A DNA stretch of 64,000 nt from Bythopirellula sp. GTDB taxonomy: Bacteria > Planctomycetota > Planctomycetia > Pirellulales > Lacipirellulaceae. Within the stretch, counting starts at the first letter, position 1. Every line of letters starts with the position of its first letter. The stretch is from assembly GCA_965216565.1 (NCBI GenBank), contig OZ244170.1, forward strand, positions 4,192,001-4,256,000. The letters run 5' to 3'. Below, piece after piece: positions 1 through 10,229 of the stretch. The notes below the pieces were generated by a model. It saw only the letters and a program-made list of their open reading frames with translations. It ran no database searches and had not been told where the DNA came from. The translations under genes and the position numbers were made by a program.

Positions 1-84
1 CGTGAGGTCCAAGGTGGGGGCGAGAAACGTTTCGACGTGCGAACGATTCGCAGCAAGCGGTTCATTTTCCGCAAAGTCTTCTGA
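1..84 (+). CDS. Possible 3' end of a gene running in from outside the window (REVQGGGEKRFDVRTIRSKRFIFRKVF*)
   Basis: Frame 1 is open from base 1 to TGA at 82-84; too short to identify. Confidence 0.25.
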   Translation, partial: REVQGGGEKRFDVRTIRSKRFIFRKVF

Positions 85-332
85 ATGAGGATTGCGCGCC
101 TGCGGTTCGGAGTCCAAGAGTTGGTCGTAGACCGATCCCTGCCCTACCACAGGTGGAGTAGCTGAGAGAACAAGCAGTACAGCGTAAAGCCAAGCTAGGC
201 TTGTGAGGCGGTGCATCGTCGCCTTGCGGGGAGATCGGGTTGCGGCAAATTTGGGAGCCAAAGTTGTAGCCCAAGAACCACAACGCCACGAGAGTAGTCC
301 ACCGATGCTAGCTAGGGCATACCGACGTACTG

Positions 333-1244
333 CTATTTGGATTTCCAGTCCACGTCCGACATCTTCGCCATCGCCAGCACCAAGGCTTGTGTCCCGCTAC
401 GGGCATGCCCCTCTGCGGCCAGTTCCTTGTAGAGCCGCTCGGCAAGCTCCAAGCCGGGCAGTTCTAGCTTCATCCGGCGCGCTTCTGCCAGTGCGATGCC
501 CATGTCTTTGATGAAATGTTCGACGAAAAAACCGGGCTCAAAGTTGCCGGCAATCATCCGCGGGGCCAGATTCGAAAGCGACCAACTTCCCGCAGCGCCG
601 GTGGCCACCGATTGCAGTACGCTCTCTGGGTCGAGCCCCGCTTTGTGGGCGTACAGCAGTGCTTCGCAGACGCCGACCATATTCGAGGCAATCAGCGTTT
701 GGTTCACCATTTTCGTATGCTGCCCCGCACCCGCTTCGCCCTGCCAAACCCAGGTCTTACCGAGGATTTCCCAAATGGGTGCGAGCGTATCGACGACATC
801 ATGCTTGCCCCCAATCATGATCGAAAGCGTGCCATTCTTCGCACCGACGTCGCCGCCCGAAACCGGGGCATCGATGCTCGCCACCCCCTTGGCCTCGGCT
901 TGCTGTGCAATTTCGACCGCCAGGGAGGGCTCGCTCGTGGTCATGTCCACCAGGATAGAACCCTCGTTCGCCCCCGCTAGAGCGCCTTCTTCCCCAAGAA
1001 TCACGTGCCGAACATCGTCGGGGTAGCCGACAATTGTGAAGATGATGTCGGAATCGGCGGCGACTTCACGCGGCGTGTCGGCCCATATCGCACCTGCGTC
1101 GAGCAATGCCTGGGCTTTGTCGGGTGAACGATTGGTCACGATCGCTTGGTAACCAAACTTCAGCAGATGCCCACACATCGGTGCGCCCATCACTCCAGTA
1201 CCGATCCATCCAATCCGGGATTTCTGACGAGACACTTGTTGCAT
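333..1244 (-). CDS. NAD(P)-dependent oxidoreductase, 3-hydroxyisobutyrate dehydrogenase / 2-hydroxy-3-oxopropionate reductase family
   Basis: Rossmann [17 protein letters not shown] and K..NQ catalytic motifs; start moved to ATG 1244 (MQQVSRQK). Confidence 0.9.
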   Translation of the reverse strand: MQQVSRQKSRIGWIGTGVMGAPMCGHLLKFGYQAIVTNRSPDKAQALLDAGAIWADTPREVAADSDIIFTIVGYPDDVRHVILGEEGALAGANEGSILVDMTTSEPSLAVEIAQQAEAKGVASIDAPVSGGDVGAKNGTLSIMIGGKHDVVDTLAPIWEILGKTWVWQGEAGAGQHTKMVNQTLIASNMVGVCEALLYAHKAGLDPESVLQSVATGAAGSWSLSNLAPRMIAGNFEPGFFVEHFIKDMGIALAEARRMKLELPGLELAERLYKELAAEGHARSGTQALVLAMAKMSDVDWKSK

Positions 1245-1289
1245 GCGACTTTTCTTGAGTATGCCGAGATGGCGCCCCATCCACTGGGC

Positions 1290-1964
1290 TTACTGCACTG
1301 GGACGGTGCCCACGGCTCCTGATTCCGACGAGAAACTTGCTGGCAAACCTATCTGCGGAGCGTACCGCACTCGCAGCACCATCGCAACCAGTTCGGCAAC
1401 ACTATCGACGCCCATTTTCAGAAAGATCTTCCGACGTCGGTTCTCAATGGTCCGCAAACTCACCGAAAGTGCCTGGGCCATCGCCTTGTTCGAAGAACCC
1501 TCTAGCAGTAGATCGAGCACGGCAGTCTCTTTTTGATTCAAGCTTTCGAGCCGACGCTTTGCCTCCTGCTCTGCCTCGCTTCGATCGCGATAGGCTTCGT
1601 CTTGCGAAAGTGCCGTGCGGATGGCTTGCCAGAGTGTGTCGTCGTCGAACGGTTTATCGAGCATTGTGACTGCACCGTTCTTGATGGCTTGCACCGTGAG
1701 TGGCGTACACGCAAATGCGGTCACAAAGATAATTGGCAGCACCAAGCCGCGCTCGATTAGCGTTTCCTGAAGCTCCAATCCATTCATGCCAGGCATGCGG
1801 TAGTCCGTAACCAAACAACCTGGCTGTCCATCGTAAAAATCTAGAAACGCTTCGGCTGATTCGAATTCTTTGGCGGTTGTTCCCATCGATTGGATTAGCC
1901 CAATGATGGAGTCTCTCGCCATTTTGTCGTCGTCGACTACGAAGACAGTTTGCTCACTCATCAT
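1290..1964 (-). CDS. FixJ/LuxR-family response regulator
   Basis: REC domain (VVDDD, D.RMPGMNG) plus LuxR HTH (GSSNKAMAQALSVSLRTIENRR). Confidence 0.9.
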   Translation of the reverse strand: MMSEQTVFVVDDDKMARDSIIGLIQSMGTTAKEFESAEAFLDFYDGQPGCLVTDYRMPGMNGLELQETLIERGLVLPIIFVTAFACTPLTVQAIKNGAVTMLDKPFDDDTLWQAIRTALSQDEAYRDRSEAEQEAKRRLESLNQKETAVLDLLLEGSSNKAMAQALSVSLRTIENRRRKIFLKMGVDSVAELVAMVLRVRYAPQIGLPASFSSESGAVGTVPVQ

Positions 1965-2526
1965 CCCTCTCTACTTCCCTTGAATAAAAGCACAGCAGCA
2001 GCGCATGATCGGCCTTGGATCTACCGCAACCAATACATAACGAGCAGTTGCTGAAACGTAAAACAATCTAGAGACGTCTTCTAGACGCCGTCAAACTCTG
2101 CGCGCAATCACAGAGTAGTAATTCAACTTTGTTGGGTAGACTTTCGTCGTACCTAACTCGGCCAACGTCAGGCCGCCCCCCTGCCGGATCGAGGTGATCC
2201 CGATATAAACGCGCCTGGCAAGGCATTGTTTACGATTCGGACTTGTCTGCAACGGCTAGTCCGAAGCGAGCGGGTGAGATTATTCTTAGGCTGGAAGTGT
2301 CTGGCTCGCGAGATGCAATTCACCGGTAGGAGTGGCCATTGTCACGCCTTGCTTGTCACCTGGCAAGGCTTAACTGGTATACCAATTCAAACTGACAGCG
2401 CTTCGGGTCATAAATGTGGATTGCAAACTGCAATTACTCGCACGTTGTGTGCGATGGTTCACCCAGAATCGACCCGTGCGCAATGAAAACGCTTTTTTGC
2501 GAATCACGAAACTAGGAGACGACACT

Positions 2527-3174
2527 TTAGTGCCGGCCACCACGGCGTCGCAGCATATTCGCAAACAGTCCCACGGCCACTAGTGCCACAGAGGTAGGTT
2601 CCGGGACGATTCCCAGAAACGAAACGGTCAGCACCAAATCCACAGGCTGGGAATTAGAAGACTCTTCGTTTTGCTCGGTCATGAATGTGAACGATTCGAC
2701 CTTCACGTTGACCGATCCCAACTCCATGCCAGCCAGATCGGGGGGGTTCACAGGAACTACCTGCTGAAAGAAACGGTTCTCTTGCCAGATGCGCTGTTCC
2801 GTCAAACCGCCCGAAAGATCCTCGGTAAGCGCCAGATTCATGAATTCGTTCTGGGCATCCGTCACGCGACCGGCGACAGTGGCAAACTCAGTATCGGAAC
2901 CAGCATCGGCAGAGAACGTAGAACCCACATCGGCAGGCGAAACAATCAGGGAGTCGAAGAGCGTCACACCATTGGTGGGTGCGAACTGATTGTCTCCAAA
3001 AACCAAATCGAGGTCGAACTCGTCGGTGCTAAAGATGTTTGAGCTGCGATTCACGCTCACAGTCCGTTCATAAAGAAGCGTTCCGCTTTGAGCCACATTA
3101 CCAGGGATAACCCATGCCAAGGCGATGATCGACGCAGCAAATAGAGACGGAAGTAAGAGTTTGTAGTGCATCAT
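2527..3174 (-). CDS. PEP-CTERM sorting domain protein
   Basis: Signal peptide; C-terminal VPEPTS, hydrophobic segment and RRR. Confidence 0.85.
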   Translation of the reverse strand: MMHYKLLLPSLFAASIIALAWVIPGNVAQSGTLLYERTVSVNRSSNIFSTDEFDLDLVFGDNQFAPTNGVTLFDSLIVSPADVGSTFSADAGSDTEFATVAGRVTDAQNEFMNLALTEDLSGGLTEQRIWQENRFFQQVVPVNPPDLAGMELGSVNVKVESFTFMTEQNEESSNSQPVDLVLTVSFLGIVPEPTSVALVAVGLFANMLRRRGGRH

Positions 3175-3260
3175 GAATTAGTAGAGCCGTGAGAAAAGGT
3201 GACCCAAACGGGCGTGTGCTATTGGTTCGTGCGACTTCGGTTCCCCAAAATCGGCGCACG

Positions 3261-3333
3261 AAAAAACCCCGCTCTAGAAGCTCATCTCACCAGTGCATGA
3301 AGCACGAGGGGGAGAAGCTTTCAGAGTGGGGTT
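3261..3333 (-). terminator. Long hairpin with U-tract on the minus strand (terminator, attenuator or sRNA end)
   Basis: AACCCCGCTCT(AG)AAGCT ... AGCTTTCAGAGTGGGGTT arms; A6 at 3261-3266 reads as U6 on the minus strand. Confidence 0.5.
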
Positions 3334-3612
3334 ACAGTAGCGTTACTCGTCAGGTTGAAAAACGTTCGCCTCCGGGCCTGGAATAGTTCAGCCAGCAATC
3401 CCGAAGGAACTCATATTTTAACCAAAATCTGCGGTTCGCCGCAAGAAAATTCTCGTCAAAGTCGGACTATCGCAGGATTCTGGTTCTATCGAAAAACAAA
3501 GGCATCTGAGAATAACAGCTCTGCCACAGTATTATTCGGCAAAGAACTCGAGATTATTGCCTAGCCGGAGGCACACCTGCCTCCGGCGTTCTTACAACCC
3601 CGCGACTTCATC

Positions 3613-5361
3613 TCAGCCGTCGCAATGCGCCAGCAATTCGTCCCCGCCCTGCCGGTGGCAGAAATCGCCAAAGCTCTCGCCCTCTTGCCGAGCTTCTTTG
3701 AAAAACTGAAACACTCGCACCAGTTCTGGGATCACTTCGTCGTGCGGTACGAGATCTTTGTAGATGAAGTTGAGCCGATCGCCCTCGCGTCGTCCGCCCA
3801 AGAACAGCGTGTACTTGCCCTTGGCTTTTCCCACCAGGCCGATGTCGCTGTTGTAGGGTCGGGCACAGCCATTGGGGCAACCTGTCATACGGAAGGTAAA
3901 CACCTCGCCGCCCAGGTCCATGCTCTCTAGTTCCGCTTCGAGCTGATCGATAAACCCGGGCAGCGCCCGTTCGCTTTCGGTAATCGCCAACCCACAAGTG
4001 GGTAGTGCCGGGCAGGCCATCGACCAGCGCCGGCTCTGTGATATATCTTCCGACAGCGGCACGCCATGCTCGCGTAGAATGGCTTCCAATCGCGGACGCG
4101 ACGACTCTTCCAAGTCGCAAAAGATGATACTCTGGTGCGGGGTAAGTCGCATCGCAGGACCCAGCTCATCGCAGATGAGCCGTAGGGCCGACTTCAATCG
4201 GAATTCGCCCTCGTCCTTAATCCGGCCATTCTCCACGTTCAGCCCATAGAACCAGCGCCCGTCACCCTGCGGGTGCCAGCCCAGGCCGTCGTTGAAATCT
4301 TCGATCACCACCGGCCGCGGAGCTGGAAGCTCGTCGCCGTAGTACTCTTCGACTTTCTGCTTGAACCGGTCCAGTCCCCAGTTGTGGATCAGATACTTCA
4401 TCCGAGCGACTTTGCGGTCGGATCGGTTGCCAAAGTCCCGCTGTACTTTCACGATGGCAGTTGTCACGTCGATCACCTGGTCGGGTGTCACAAAACACAT
4501 CGGTTGGGCAATTGCCGGGAACGTCTTCTTAGCACTGGGCGTTACACCAAAGCCACCACCCACCAGCACGTTATAGCCGACGATCTTGAAATCTTCACAA
4601 ATGGCCAGCAGACCCAAGTCTTGGCTATAAATGTCGGCGGCATTGTCGCCGGGAAGCCCGATGCCGGTCTTAAACTTTCGCGGCAAATAGGTCGGCCCGT
4701 ATATGGGCTCTACGCCGTTGCTTTCTGGTCCACCGCCGGCGCGTTGCTTCTCGCCCGTCTCCAAGTCCGTCAGCCATAGATCATGGTACGAAGGAGTTTG
4801 CGGCCGTAGATGCACGGCAATCTCTTGAGCCAACTCTTGCATCTGGTCATAGACTGGATCGTTTTTGTAAGGAACCGGCGAACACATGACATTGCGTTCC
4901 ACATCGCCACAAGCAGCCAGCGTGGTGAGCTGCACTTCGTTGATGCGGCGAATCGATCGCTTCAGGTCCGACTTCAATACGCCATGCAATTGCAAACCTT
5001 GCCGCGTGGTGATCCGCAACGTGGTGTTGCCCACCTCGTCGCACAAATCGAGCTCAGCCAGCATCTGCGAACTATCGATACGGCCCCCCGGCATCGCCGT
5101 GCGAACCATAAAGCTGTAGACCTTACCATCCTTGCCCCGCTCGTCGCGATTGTCTTGCTGGTAAGTGCCGTGATGCTTGAGCAGTTGGATGCTCGCCTTA
5201 CCGAAAAAGTCGTTCTCGTCGGCCAGTTCCTGGGGAATGGGCCCGGAGAGGTAGTTGCTCTCGTCCTTAAATACTTCAACCGCGCTAGGCTTGGCCTCTT
5301 TGGCGGGTTTCGCCTGGGCAGCTTTTGCCCCGTTGGCAGTCGGATCGGCTGTTTTGCTCAT
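3613..5361 (-). CDS. cysI: Sulfite reductase siroheme hemoprotein subunit (CysI/Sir family)
   Basis: TTRQGLQLHG, YLPRKFK, siroheme/4Fe-4S motifs MACPALPTC and TGCPNGCARPY. Confidence 0.9.
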   Translation of the reverse strand: MSKTADPTANGAKAAQAKPAKEAKPSAVEVFKDESNYLSGPIPQELADENDFFGKASIQLLKHHGTYQQDNRDERGKDGKVYSFMVRTAMPGGRIDSSQMLAELDLCDEVGNTTLRITTRQGLQLHGVLKSDLKRSIRRINEVQLTTLAACGDVERNVMCSPVPYKNDPVYDQMQELAQEIAVHLRPQTPSYHDLWLTDLETGEKQRAGGGPESNGVEPIYGPTYLPRKFKTGIGLPGDNAADIYSQDLGLLAICEDFKIVGYNVLVGGGFGVTPSAKKTFPAIAQPMCFVTPDQVIDVTTAIVKVQRDFGNRSDRKVARMKYLIHNWGLDRFKQKVEEYYGDELPAPRPVVIEDFNDGLGWHPQGDGRWFYGLNVENGRIKDEGEFRLKSALRLICDELGPAMRLTPHQSIIFCDLEESSRPRLEAILREHGVPLSEDISQSRRWSMACPALPTCGLAITESERALPGFIDQLEAELESMDLGGEVFTFRMTGCPNGCARPYNSDIGLVGKAKGKYTLFLGGRREGDRLNFIYKDLVPHDEVIPELVRVFQFFKEARQEGESFGDFCHRQGGDELLAHCDG

Positions 5362-5713
5362 GTGTGTAATTAGAGTCGATGTGTTTTGAAGAAAAGCCCC
5401 TGGGGATGGACGGGACTTGGGAAATCTATCAGCTAAATTGCCTAAACGGCATAGTTGACCAATATGGCATCATAGCTTCTAGACCCGGCTGCGGCCAGAT
5501 TGGCTCACGGAGTGCTAGCCGCCCGCCATTCTCCCTTAGAACATCAAAACCAGCCGTGTCTCCACAGTCCACTTGCCACGGCGAGCAATACAAGGCCAGC
5601 CGGGATCTCTAAGGAGTGGAGCAGACTCCAAGTCCCTCATCGCAACCTCTTTTTTGTTAGAATCTCTAGTGAGTTTTTTGTCTTAAAATCAATCAAACTG
5701 GCATGGGATTCGT

Positions 5714-6178
5714 GTGGAATTTCTCGACTCGAATGCATACTGGGTGCTGGGTGGCATCATCCTCTACTTTGTCGTTGGGATCGCCATCCTGCGCGGTCCT
5801 GATATTCTACGAGGACTGCTGCATACTCGGCTCCGGCAGCAAGACATCATTAGGCGTCGCCAAAATCTCGCCGATTTGGCTGTTCGCAAGAGCGGCATCG
5901 AAAAGCGTCTCGAAGACGATGCACCCGTCGCAAGAAATTCGTTCGGCCCAAATAACATAAAGCAGAATTGGCGTTGGCTGCTCCTGGGATTTGGTTGCAC
6001 CGCCCTGGGAGTTTACGCCTTTCTCCACCCCTATGCTTTGCAATCCCTGGAGTTCACCGGCCGCCTACGCTCAATGGGCCAGCTACTGCAGTTCCTTTGG
6101 AGTTGGCCAGTATGCTGTGCATCCTTCGTATTTGGCATACTCTGCATATTCTCCAGCTTCTGGCCCATCGATGACTAG
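5714..6178 (+). CDS. Hypothetical membrane protein
   Basis: Three hydrophobic segments; co-oriented with pgpA. Confidence 0.55.
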   Translation: MEFLDSNAYWVLGGIILYFVVGIAILRGPDILRGLLHTRLRQQDIIRRRQNLADLAVRKSGIEKRLEDDAPVARNSFGPNNIKQNWRWLLLGFGCTALGVYAFLHPYALQSLEFTGRLRSMGQLLQFLWSWPVCCASFVFGILCIFSSFWPIDD

Positions 6179-6218
6179 GTTGATGACTAGGTTGTAGCCC
6201 GCCCCCTCTCGCCGTACG

Positions 6219-6734
6219 ATGCGACCCATGAGAGAGCAGCAAAGCATCTGGGGACGAATCGCGGTTTGGCTAGCCACCGGCTTAGGGGTCGGATTGGTCT
6301 CGCCGGCACCCGGAACTGTCGGCGGGTTGTGGGGCCTGCCGCTCGCGATGGCCATTGGCCAGTTCTCGCCGGCCGCGCAGCAGGTTACGACCGTGCTAGT
6401 CGTCCTCGTGTCGATCGCCATCTGCACCGTCGCGGCACGGTTGCTCGGCGGCAGCAAAGATCCGCAATCGATTGTGCTCGACGAAATCGCCGCGTTGCCG
6501 ATCGTTTACTTGGGCGTCTGGGAGCGAACCCCCGCCATCTGGATCGCCGGGTTCCTGCTGTTTCGGCTCTTCGACATCACCAAGCCCTGGCCCGCCAAGC
6601 AGGCAGAAAAGCTACCCGCCGGTCTAGGCATCATGGCCGACGATTGCGTCGCCGCCTGCTACGCCTGCTTGGTCTTGAATCTGCTCGTCTGGCTCGACTG
6701 GCTAGCGATGCTAGAAGATGTTGTTACCAGATAA
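6219..6734 (+). CDS. pgpA: Phosphatidylglycerophosphatase A
   Basis: APGTVG, KDPQSIVLDE, FRLFDITKPWP and GIMADD motifs. Confidence 0.92.
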   Translation: MRPMREQQSIWGRIAVWLATGLGVGLVSPAPGTVGGLWGLPLAMAIGQFSPAAQQVTTVLVVLVSIAICTVAARLLGGSKDPQSIVLDEIAALPIVYLGVWERTPAIWIAGFLLFRLFDITKPWPAKQAEKLPAGLGIMADDCVAACYACLVLNLLVWLDWLAMLEDVVTR

Positions 6735-6742
6735 AACTTGCG

Positions 6743-7870
6743 CTAACCTTGCGGTGCTGCACTGATCGGATATCGCATAATGGCAGCGGCGGGCTGATCG
6801 AGTTGATCGGGTTGTACTGTGTAGACATCGCCTTTGTGGCGTAGCGTATCAACGACAGCGGAGTTCACCCGATCTTCGCGACTCCCATCGCCTTCCGTCC
6901 AAGATCCTTCTCCCTCAACGGTGAGTAGCGTTTCGATTTGACCTTGTTGCGCCGCAGCCAGGATCGTATCGAGATCGTCGCTTCCAAGTTGCTGCGAAAG
7001 TGCGGTGCCAAAGCGCTCGAGTATCCCACCGCGCTGTGTCTCGAACTGTTTCTCCACCACAGGCCAAGCTTTCTCGTGAAGTTCTTGACCGCTGAGATCG
7101 TCAGGATTTCCCGTCACCGAATCGTCGATCAGTCCATCGTAACCGCAAGTCTCCTGGAGAATCGGGAAAAGATACTGCACTCCCGCAAAAACTAACGGCA
7201 CGCGCTCGCCACCCAAGAACGACTTCAGAGCACTGTCGATGTGGTGAAAATACTGTTTGATTTCGTCCTGTTTTTTCACGTCGGGGTCACTGCCACCATG
7301 ACCGTGGAACATGGCCGCACCACCGTCTGGCGCGGTGGAGTGATGCTGCAGCGAACTGACGTACTCGTCAATGTTCAGGGCAGATCTCAAGTCGTCAGGC
7401 AGGTCGGCATCCTCGACTTCACTGATACTCCACTTCGTGCCGAGGAAGAGACGCAGTTTATTCAGACTGGCGGCCAGCAGGTAGAATCGTCCGTCATTTT
7501 GCAACAAACGGCAGAGCGGACGGACATGAAACTTGTCCGAGCAGACGCAGCGTGGCTCAAAAGAGTGCGGTAGCCGCCAGCGCTTCACCGTGTTGCCATC
7601 CAGAAAAATAGCGAGCCCCTCACTTTGGTGCTGCCACCAAGCATCGTCCGACTCGAGATTTCGCAGTTCTTCGATTTGCTTTTGTACCGACTCAACCGAT
7701 CCGGACGCGTTCTCTAGCGCTGCCTCTGCCTGGTCGATGACATTCTTAAAATGAATACGGTTTTTCTGAACCTTGCTACCAGAACGTTCGGTGGGCATAT
7801 AGAGCGAGCAGAGGCAGTCACCGGACTGGTCAGCCAACTGGGTAAGATCGTCACGTGTGAATTTGTCCAT
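6743..7870 (-). CDS. Bacterial archaeo-eukaryotic release factor-like protein (baeRF3/7 type)
   Basis: SLYMPT, GLAIF, FHGHG, PLVFAG and C-terminal AAIMRY pattern typical of baeRF families. Confidence 0.7.
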   Translation of the reverse strand: MDKFTRDDLTQLADQSGDCLCSLYMPTERSGSKVQKNRIHFKNVIDQAEAALENASGSVESVQKQIEELRNLESDDAWWQHQSEGLAIFLDGNTVKRWRLPHSFEPRCVCSDKFHVRPLCRLLQNDGRFYLLAASLNKLRLFLGTKWSISEVEDADLPDDLRSALNIDEYVSSLQHHSTAPDGGAAMFHGHGGSDPDVKKQDEIKQYFHHIDSALKSFLGGERVPLVFAGVQYLFPILQETCGYDGLIDDSVTGNPDDLSGQELHEKAWPVVEKQFETQRGGILERFGTALSQQLGSDDLDTILAAAQQGQIETLLTVEGEGSWTEGDGSREDRVNSAVVDTLRHKGDVYTVQPDQLDQPAAAIMRYPISAAPQG

Positions 7871-7941
7871 GGAACTTCCTCTATTTTCGAGTGTGTTTTT
7901 TTCTAACTAGAACCGGTTTTAAGAATCAAGAACGGCTCAAT

Positions 7942-8043
7942 GTGAGCCGACGGCGCTAGCCGTGGGTAGCGTTAGTCTAGGTGCTGTACTGATGCTACCC
8001 GACGCCCGCCACAGCGGTTCTGCAACTATCGTGTTCGGCTCAC
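7942..8043. repeat. Degenerate REP-like inverted-repeat doublet
   Basis: GTGAGCCGA 7942-7950 pairs with TCGGCTCAC 8035-8043; inner GGGTAGC 7964-7970 pairs with GCTACCC 7994-8000. Confidence 0.4.
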
Positions 8044-8264
8044 TGATTTTGCAACTGCTTCCAGTCGAGTCGATGATCTCTCCGTGCTCGTAGCTCTAAC
8101 TAGAACTTACTGGGATGTTAAATGAATTGGTCTAAAGAGTGAGTGCTCCCACGGCACTGTCTCGATCGGGCTCTGTAGACAACGTCCGCAAGTTTAGCAG
8201 AGCCGCCCGACTTTTCTGCGAAGTGCGACAAAAAGGTCACAAGACGACAATCTGTCGCAGATCT

Positions 8265-8393
8265 AAAAAGGGGACATTCTACTTTTTGGTAGCTCGCACC
8301 ATGAAAAACGGGGACAGGCACGACGATGCTACGGCTGCAGGAGGGTTCAACCTTTCGAGATGCGTCGAACAAAAAGGGGACATTCTACTTTTT
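8265..8393. repeat. REP cluster upstream of the RAYT gene
   Basis: AAAAAGGGGACATTCTACTTTTT at 8265-8287 and 8371-8393; second REP family arm GAAAAACGGGGACAGGCACGACG at 8303-8325. Confidence 0.85.
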
Positions 8394-8426
8394 GACAGTT
8401 GGCGATGAGTTCATTAGGCTACCGGC

Positions 8427-9107
8427 ATGCCTCGAACTGCTCGCGCCGCTGTTGGTAACGTTTGCTATCACGTCTTGAATCGGGGGAACGCGCAGCAAAC
8501 CGTCTTCCATTCCGAGGCCGACTATGCGAGTTTCTGCCAACTGTTGGCTGAGGCGAATGAACGGGCGAAGTGTGCCCCGATGCGGCTACTTAGCTATTGC
8601 CTGATGCCCAATCACTTTCACCTGCTGCTCTGGCCACGCGAGGATGGCGACCTGGGCCGCTGGATGCAATGGTTGCTGACGTCCCACGTGCGGCGTTACC
8701 ACCGGGTGCATGGCACGAGTGGTCACGTGTGGCAAGGTCGCTTCAAGGCATTTCCAATCCAAAGCAACGAGCATCTACTCACGGTCATGCGCTATGTGGA
8801 GCGCAACCCGGTGCGGGCAAAATCAATCCCTGTCCGCCGGGCAGAACGATGGCCGTGGTCGAGCATTGGCGAGCCACCCCAAGATGTCGAGGTTCCCAAG
8901 TTGACTGCCCCGCCGGAACCACGCGCCGACAATTGGTTAGAATGGGTGAATACGCCGTTAACTGTGCCGGAACTTGCTGCGGCGCGGGAATCGGTGGTGC
9001 GTGGCCGTCCCTTTGGCAACCCGCGCTGGGTGAAAACCACGGGCGAAAAGCTCGGCTTGCAGTCGACGCTTCGCCCCCGCGGCCGTCCTCGCCGCTCGGA
9101 AAAGTAG
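8427..9107 (+). mobile_element. REP-associated tyrosine transposase (RAYT; Y1 HUH, IS200/IS605 superfamily)
   Basis: YHVLNRGN, HUH motif MPNHFHLL, WQGRFK, catalytic Tyr in YVERNPV, C-terminal RPRGRPR; flanked by REPs. Confidence 0.9.
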
Positions 9108-9137
9108 AATGTCCCCTTTTAGTCCCTTTTTAGTCCC
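9100..9137. repeat. Inverted REP overlapping the RAYT stop codon, followed by decayed GTCCC(C)TTTT units
   Basis: AAAAGTAGAATGTCCCCTTTT 9100-9120 is the reverse complement of 8372-8392. Confidence 0.85.
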
Positions 9138-9161
9138 GCTCTAGTTCTATGCAGCACAATT

Positions 9162-9980
9162 ATGGACTCATCAGATATGCAATTTACGACATACCGCAAT
9201 GGTGGCCTCCTTTTGGACATCCCTGAGAAATGTATTGTTAATGAATTCTTTCCGCAAATTGATATCGTTGACCACGCCGATACATTCGATATATCCGGCC
9301 AGATTTTGGAGACTGCAGAGGAAAAAGATGGGGCTCTTGACAATCTTCAAGTGGGAAGTGCGCAACAAGAATTCGATCCCGATGTGCATCTCGTCCATTA
9401 TGCGAAGATTGCCGGAACATATTCTGGGATGGAATTGGTGAGTTACATTTGCCGAGACAAGTCCACAGTAGGCTGCTACGAGCTACGTCGCGTAATCGAG
9501 TTAGAGCAGTCAGCTGATGTCTCAGCAGAATTCATTGTCGTCGGGAATGGCCATTATGAGGTAATCGCATCAGTAATTCAAAAGATATTGAATTCGTTCA
9601 GATTCTATTTCGACGAGTGGAGAACAGCGCAAGCTGCTTTAAGTGTAACGAAAGAAACTGATGGACAGGCTTCGCACAGTCAAAGTGATTTGCCGGAGTT
9701 ACCTGACTTTCCTGAAGAGATTAGATACCTCGCGGAATCAGTTCAAATAGTGCTTGCAGACAACTCTCGGGAGGCATTGGAAGATTTTGATTCATCAACA
9801 CTTGACAAGGCAATGGACAGTCGAATTAAGGGGCTGTCTGGGGAGGAAGCAAAGCGTCTACTAGAAGCCGATGAGAAAGCTCTTTGCTCATGGATCGACA
9901 AGGGACCCTCAGAATGGGAGTACTTAGGTTTCCTTTGTGATATCTTGTTGAGTAGATCTGACGAAGGACTTCGGTCATAA
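9162..9980 (+). CDS. Hypothetical acidic protein, AT-rich, located between REPs
   Basis: 272-aa ORF; visibly more AT-rich than flanking genes; no motif recognised. Confidence 0.6.
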   Translation: MDSSDMQFTTYRNGGLLLDIPEKCIVNEFFPQIDIVDHADTFDISGQILETAEEKDGALDNLQVGSAQQEFDPDVHLVHYAKIAGTYSGMELVSYICRDKSTVGCYELRRVIELEQSADVSAEFIVVGNGHYEVIASVIQKILNSFRFYFDEWRTAQAALSVTKETDGQASHSQSDLPELPDFPEEIRYLAESVQIVLADNSREALEDFDSSTLDKAMDSRIKGLSGEEAKRLLEADEKALCSWIDKGPSEWEYLGFLCDILLSRSDEGLRS

Positions 9981-10004
9981 CGGATGGTAGAAAAGAAAAA
10001 GAAG

Positions 10005-10128
10005 AAAAAGGGGACATTCTACTTTTTTGATAGTTCGCACCACGAAAAACGGGGACAGGCACGACGTCGCTAAGGCTGCAGGCGGGTTCGAGCCTTTTGA
10101 GGTGCGTCGAGCCAGTCTCCGTTTTTCG
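10005..10128. repeat. REP plus complete REP doublet (REPIN-like); near-direct repeat of 8265-8368
   Basis: AAAAAGGGGACATTCTACTTTTTT, then GAAAAACGGGGACAGGCACGACG ... CGTCGAGCCAGTCTCCGTTTTTC (imperfect inverted repeat). Confidence 0.85.
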
Positions 10129-10229
10129 GGTGCCATCCTAGCGAAGTGGTACTAGAAACGGTCAGCAGATCGATTAAGTTTAACACATTCGTCCCCTGCC
10201 CCGCCCGCTGACCCCTGCCCCTTCACGCC

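Noticed and set aside
2372..2390. AACTGGTATACCAATT as another copy of the operator
   Set aside because: Half-sites are in the opposite arrangement, and the site is far from the regulated locus
3564..3587. GC-rich hairpin GCCGGAGGCA/TGCCTCCGGC downstream of cysI
   Set aside because: Single copy in the window; cannot distinguish a REP from an ordinary terminator stem
6170..6193. 12-bp tandem duplication GATGACTAGGTT twice at the end of the 5714-6178 gene
   Set aside because: Only two copies; probably slippage or an insertion scar, with no element to tie it to
8118..8408. Short ORFs containing KVECPLF / KKGTFYF peptides (also 9826-10062)
   Set aside because: Translations of the REP sequences, not genes
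8265..10128. Repeated 21-23 bp motif as a CRISPR array
   Set aside because: Spacing is irregular, one copy is inverted, no cas genes are present, and the adjacent RAYT explains the copies as REPs
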